Below the pieces are notes generated by a model that saw nothing but the letters and a program-made list of their open reading frames with translations, had not been told where the DNA came from and made no database searches. Shown here piece by piece: positions 62,922-64,000 of a stretch of 64,000 nucleotides of DNA. Position 1 is the stretch's first letter. Each line of letters begins with the position of its first letter. The translations under genes were made by a program, and so were the position numbers. The stretch is from an uncultured delta proteobacterium (GTDB lineage Bacteria > Desulfobacterota > Binatia > UBA9968): NCBI GenBank assembly GCA_963804165.1, contig CAWDPO010000023.1, positions 128,001 through 192,000 of the forward strand, written 5' to 3'.

Positions 62922-63847
62922 GTCAAAACGGCGCGTGCCGCTATCGGGTCGAGCACAAGACCGCATACCGCTACTCGGAACCGGTGCTGCTCTCGCACCA
63001 GCAGCTTCATCTCACCCCCCGTGCGCTTGAGCGCCAGCGCAGCCAAACGCACGAAATCGTCATCACGCCGATGCCGACCCTGCGGCACGAAATCACTGAT
63101 CCGTTCGGCAATCCGCTGATCGAAATCGCCATCGAGTCAGCTCATGACACCTTGGAGATCGCCGCTCGCACAAACGTGGAGACAACGGCGGCAAGCCCAA
63201 TCGAACCCTTAGAAACGCCGGCATGGGAAACGGTTCGCGAACCGCTTCACTACCGTGCCGGTTGGCGTCCCGATCCGGCAATTCTGGAAGCGACGCAGTT
63301 TCTCTTCGAATCGCCCTACGCGCGCGTCAAACGAGATCTGCGTGGTTACGCTGGTGATTGCTTCAAACCCAATCGACCGATCTTAGAAGCGACCCTGGCG
63401 CTGATGGCGAAAATTCACGGCGAGTTTAAATTCGATCCCGCCGCGACCACCGTCACCACACCGGTGATGAAATTTTTCGCGCAGAAGCGCGGCGTGTGCC
63501 AGGATTTTGCCCATTTCATGATTTCGTGCCTGCGCTCGAGCGGACTCGCCGCGCGCTACGTCAGCGGTTACCTGCTCACGCGCCCGGCGCCCGGTAAGCC
63601 GCGGCGCGTCGGCGCCGATGTCTCTCACGCGTGGATATCTCTATTCGTGCCTGGAAACGGCTGGATCGACCTCGATCCAACCAACAACCTGATCCCGTCG
63701 CTGGAACATATCACCATCGGCTGGGGCCGCGATTTCTCCGACATCACGCCGCTGCGCGGCGTCATCAACGGCGGCGGCGTGCAAACCCTGGAAGTAAAAG
63801 TGACCGTGGAACCGGTAGAGAATACCGAAATGGCATCGCTCTCGTAG
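62918..63847 (+). CDS. Transglutaminase family protein
   Basis: YRVEHKTAYRY, GVCQDFAH, RYVSGY, SHAW, DLDPTN, GRDFSDITP. Confidence 0.93.
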   Translation: MSQNGACRYRVEHKTAYRYSEPVLLSHQQLHLTPRALERQRSQTHEIVITPMPTLRHEITDPFGNPLIEIAIESAHDTLEIAARTNVETTAASPIEPLETPAWETVREPLHYRAGWRPDPAILEATQFLFESPYARVKRDLRGYAGDCFKPNRPILEATLALMAKIHGEFKFDPAATTVTTPVMKFFAQKRGVCQDFAHFMISCLRSSGLAARYVSGYLLTRPAPGKPRRVGADVSHAWISLFVPGNGWIDLDPTNNLIPSLEHITIGWGRDFSDITPLRGVINGGGVQTLEVKVTVEPVENTEMASLS

Positions 63848-63867
63848 GGGCGCAATAAATTGCGCGC
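63844..63867 (+). repeat. GTAG-type REP-like palindrome
   Basis: GTAGGGGCGCAATAAATTGCGCGC; its TAG is the transglutaminase stop codon. Confidence 0.55.
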
Positions 63868-64000
63868 TCTTCTTGTCGCGGGAAATTAACCGACGCTGTT
63901 TTCTTTTGCTGTAACTGTAGATTCTTCAGTCAGCGTTAGAAGAACATCGGCATACCAGGCGCAATTCAGGTTCAAGCGCTCGTCCTCGTCGATATCGCGG

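Overview
Bacterial chromosomal window, moderately GC-rich. The many TctC-type binding proteins and the sigma-54-rich regulation suggest a deltaproteobacteria-like lineage such as Candidatus Binatia; this is inference only. Left to right: (1) two TctC-like binding proteins; (2) an AT-richer defence island (about 2.4-11.7 kb) with type I R-M hsdR-hsdM-hsdS, a hidden frameshifted gene carrying a proteasome-beta/HslV-like Ntn-hydrolase signature, and an ApeA-like HEPN gene split by a complete IS5 with a TCAA target duplication; (3) a PA3611-like gene and an ArnT-like gene; (4) a nitrogen regulon (14.7-32.3 kb): porin, cobA, NarB/NasA, nrtABCD, a NirA-Rieske fusion, a dual-hairpin ANTAR leader, an ANTAR pseudo-receiver regulator, a GATase, glnB-glnA and glnK-amtB, with four sigma-54 promoters each preceded by paired NtrC-like boxes; (5) a chimeric DegQ, MscS, a fused TctA-TctB with four TctC paralogs, ABC binding proteins, a sigma-54 activator and a ClC gene with an in-frame TAG; (6) a circularly permuted ATP-grasp/alpha-E/transglutaminase system, split by a decayed pfp::ppc-gap block, whose first operon carries the same sigma-54 and NtrC-like signals. 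Many frameshifts lie in homopolymers and are probably long-read errors. No rRNA, tRNA or CRISPR array was seen.
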